A DNA stretch of 64,000 nt from Nitrospirales bacterium (GTDB lineage: Bacteria; Nitrospirota; Nitrospiria; Nitrospirales; UBA8639), in assembly GCA_965203295.1 (NCBI GenBank), contig CBDBCZ010000009.1, positions 160,001 through 224,000 of the forward strand. The letters are read 5' to 3'. The notes beneath the pieces were generated by a model. The model was not told the DNA's origin and did not search any database. It saw nothing but the letters and a program-made list of their open reading frames with translations. The position numbers were made by a program, and so were the translations under genes. Of this stretch, positions 60,601 to 64,000 are shown in pieces (position 1 is the stretch's first letter; every line of letters starts with the position of its first letter).

Positions 60601-61123
60601 GTCAGTAAACTGCTTGATCTAGTCCTAGATTAGCCTCAAATAGTGGTTGCAGAAAATCGCATGATGAAATAATTAGTAGCCGCGGCGCCTGATCATTGAA
60701 ATGCGTATTGCTTAGTTACATGAGCTCAAAGTTGTTGGCTATTTACCTAGATAAAACGACAACCTTAAAGGCCAAGAAGTGTTGTGTACTGAAATTTACA
60801 GACTACCATATAATCTTACTGCTTACTGTTCTTACCTGCATGTAGTAAGGAAGAGAGGCTATAAGACTAACCACTGATGGCACCCGTTGCCATTCTTGTC
60901 TCCTCTGCAGTCAGACAGGTGTCGATTGGCCCTCCTGGGACCGAGAGAGCTGGTGAAGAATCATGAAGAGGCGGAGGTACGGGTGCTTATCCAGTCCACT
61001 CCTACTTCTGACTTCAGGTGCTCTGTGGTTATATTATCTTCCTTGCAGGAAGCTGGTGGCTACTTCGTCATCAATGGCAACGAGAGGATCATCCGAATGC
61101 TCATCATGCCCAGGAGGAACTAT
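54639..61123 (+). CDS. POLR1B: RNA polymerase I second-largest subunit (RPA2), exons 1-6; gene presumably continues beyond the window
   Basis: Exons 54639-54722, 56266-56343, 56962-57021, 58199-58393, 60911-60976, 61049-61123; [78 protein letters not shown]. Confidence 0.95.
55630..56170 (+). mobile_element. Degraded 3' fragment of a non-LTR retrotransposon in POLR1B intron 1
   Basis: Frameshifted relative of 63700-64000 (shared GGTTGGGGATCCAGGAACACGAT, TGAATGAAGAGTT). Confidence 0.7.
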
Positions 61124-62699
61124 GTGAGTACTGGTGTAACACTTCATCCGTATTTCCCTTATTCCGTGCAACTACTGTACCTGTAAAAAAGGGTTCAGTG
61201 GTCTGGATATATACATTACTGTTATCTTGTGGGCCAGACTAACATAACTGGTGTTGGTAGATTTCAAACTTATCTATGAACACCCTTTCAAGTGGCACAC
61301 ATGCCAGTGGGTATGGCAATGAACACTAGCACACTGCAGCTGAGGTTAACCATCTAACTTCAGAGCATACATAACCATTGTTATATATAACTTTCCAAAA
61401 AGTGCAAAAAACAGTCATGTAGGGATGCACTTCCAGCAAAAAACACTTCCCCAAAACCAACGAAACAAGCGACAATGCCCACCGGAAGGCGTGCACAGAC
61501 TACCCACACATCACAGCGCGATGCATTTACCGCGCACCTACCATCCCTACATCTTTACTACCGTACTCCATGATATATACAAATAGTTGTGCTTGCTTCG
61601 CTTGTGCAACTACTTGTGCTTTTTGAACTCGCTCGCTTCGCTCGCTCTGTGCGCGAATAGAAATGAAAAGTGCTACCTCCATGTGATTATGGACATTTAG
61701 CATAAGTCAATGGCAGTAATGCTGCTGACTGAGCCACATGGAAGCAGCTCCACGTTAGACTCATTACAGTGTGGAGAAAGTGCATGGTACGTGTGCACAC
61801 CATGTTCTTTCAACAGCCAAAGCACTTCGTTGAACATCTACCCACATGTTCCAGTGATAGTAGACTATACTACGGTTTAGCTGACAGATTCCGGCTAAGC
61901 TAGGACCGAAACTAAGCTCTTTACAGCCATACCTACATGTACAGTACTGGCATGTGGACAAACGATACTGACTCCATTTAATGCACATTGTCGTTATTTG
62001 TCTAGTGTACTAAGCAGCTTTGCATTCTTACTCGACTCTAGCCACTAACCTTTGTGATAGAGCGCTTGAAGTGCTCATTTTAGGCCCCTGTGCATGCATA
62101 CAGGACTATCTAGCCACTAACCTTTGTGATAGAGGGCGCTTGAAGTGCTTATTTGAGGCCGTTATAATAAAATACCGTTGACTATCAGAGCATCTCAACA
62201 CATGCAGCACTAGCGGTTGAAGTACTCGTTTGATGACGTCACAACCTTCTCGCGTATTCTAGTCCAGTCTCGCACGTGACATCACATCCGTGACACATGC
62301 GTACACGCACACACGCACACACGCACGGACAGAAGTAAAAGTTAAGTATTGATATATAAGTAGAGGAGCCCTATCTCGCCAATCAATGCATGTACAACTT
62401 CTGAGTCCCAAGCAAACAAAAAATATTTCACGTAACGTACTTCCACAGGGAAGTTGGGACATGCATCGTAATCACAAGGCAGTTTCAACAGTTTTATATT
62501 GCACTATGTTTACGCTGCGAACTCTGCGTCTTTTTTTGAGTTCCGACTCGTTTTGTGAATTTTGTTCCTAATCTACCCCAGGTTATCTGAGTTAAATTGG
62601 CACGTGTTATTTCTTCCACTTTTGGATGAGTCAGCTAAAATAGCATCTCCAAACACAACATTCCGTGCGAGTACCACCGTCAAATTCCTCAGGTTACAC

Positions 62700-63570
62700 G
62701 CTGATGAGGTACTTGTACATAATGGCATTTCTGTCTCTCTTCACACCGTGGTTCGTTGTCGGGAGCAGTTGGGATGGACTCTTCGAGGGTCTGCCTATTG
62801 CCAGCTCATACAAGAGGTCAACAAGGGAAAGCGGCTGGAGTGGGCATTACAAAGTCAAGGGAATCATTACCCCGCGCCATGTATGCGCGAGCGGGGTTAA
62901 GCAATCGGTTTTGTCCGTCTGTCGTCGTCGTTGTCGTTGTCTGTCATAAAATTTTTTGAAAAAACCTTCGAACGAGCAATTTAGAGGCTATAACGATTTC
63001 TAAACAGAAGGTTAACGCTGAAATCCGTGATACATTAGCTTGTCTGTACCTTATATAGTAGAAAGTGGTTTTATTCTCGGCATTTTCACGCTTTTTCTGA
63101 TTATCAGTGTGTTCCACCATTTTTTTTAATATGGCAATTGGTCACGCCTTTTTTAATACGGCAGTTGGTCACGCCTACAGCTTGAATCTGGACATATGCG
63201 AGTGCTCGAGTATGGTACATGTATACAAGTCTTCTATTCAACATAGAGCTTAGAAGAGATACTCAGATAGAAAGCATACTGGAGTATACGTAGAGAAACG
63301 CATGTATCATTACTACGGCGATCAGCCACGCCTACAGCTCGTATACGGCGTTACAGTCTGCAGGGTCCAGGAGCGCGGGGTATGTCTCTGCTAGAGACCT
63401 CTAGTTTTGCGAATGTAATATACTCTGATGAAGCCTCAATTCAGATTGAAACTCACCAACCACTTTGCTACTGGAAAAAAGGGGAAAAGCCTAGATCAAA
63501 GCCGCGTCCTACGCTTCCATTGAAAGTGCATGTTTGGGCAGGAATCAGCATAGAGGGTGCTACAGATATA
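62700..63570 (+). mobile_element. Tc1-like transposase remnant interrupted by a HINE
   Basis: LGWTLRGSAYCQLIQEVNKGKRLEWA before the insertion; FANVIYSDEAS...KVHVWAGIS (first catalytic Asp and conserved VWAGIS motif) after it. Confidence 0.8.
62868..63405 (+). mobile_element. Helentron-like element (HINE), subfamily B
   Basis: Aligns to 17854-18393 and 28654-29213. Confidence 0.75.
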
Positions 63571-64000
63571 GACAGTCAGGAAATACTAGCTGAAGATTAT
63601 AATGTAAACTTGTTTTTAGAGAGAGTAGATGAAGCATTGAGATGCAGAGAATATAAAGATTTTAATGATGGCTTAAATAGTAAAGTTAAACTTAGTCTTT
63701 ACAAGTCTTTTTGTAAGGAAATAGAATTTAAAAATTACTTGCAGGGGGTTGGGGATCCAGGAACACGATTGTTGTTTAAGTTTAGGTCTGGTACTAATGG
63801 TCTGAATGAAGAGTTAGGAAGGCATCGGGGTAAAAATGATGATAGGCAGTGTAAGTTGTGTGGGAATGAATGTGAGAGTGTGGTACATGTGCTCTGGGAG
63901 TGTCCTGCGTATGATACTTTTAGAAGTACTTTCATGGAAGACTTAGACAATCTGTTGGGTGGAAGTTTTGAAGAGTTTAGTGCACTCAATAATTCCGAGA
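63571..64000 (+). mobile_element. 5'-truncated non-LTR retrotransposon ORF2 C-terminus with CCHC zinc knuckle (RTE-X-like)
   Basis: Open frame [54 protein letters not shown]. Confidence 0.75.

Noticed and set aside
54639..61123. All six visible POLR1B introns are phase 0
   Set aside because: Phase 0 is the commonest class and the sample is small; not evidence of anything special.

Overview
Eukaryotic, intron-rich animal DNA, most likely a demosponge (inferred from the gene and repeat families, not proven). The right half holds conserved genes. A complete 11-exon CDK5 (minus strand, 294 aa) carries a U12-type AT-AC intron and an intronic tRNA-Glu. It is head-to-head (166 bp between ATGs) with the first six exons of POLR1B. 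A multi-exon ankyrin-Roc-COR (ROCO) GTPase gene lies just downstream of CDK5. The left ~37 kb is a rearranged patchwork of local duplications. It holds one intact intronless secreted cysteine-rich (fibrinogen-like) gene with several decayed copies, and an unannotated four-exon gene for an ~82-aa predicted lipid-anchored microprotein. It also holds an orphan copy of the CDK5 3' end that keeps a U12 acceptor, so the ROCO gene sits between two CDK5 3' cassettes. Five Helentron-like (HINE) elements, several MITE families and Tc1, hAT and LINE remnants are scattered throughout. All calls were made by eye without database searches. I found no single clear-cut novel system. The best candidates are the microprotein gene and the duplicated U12-acceptor cassette.
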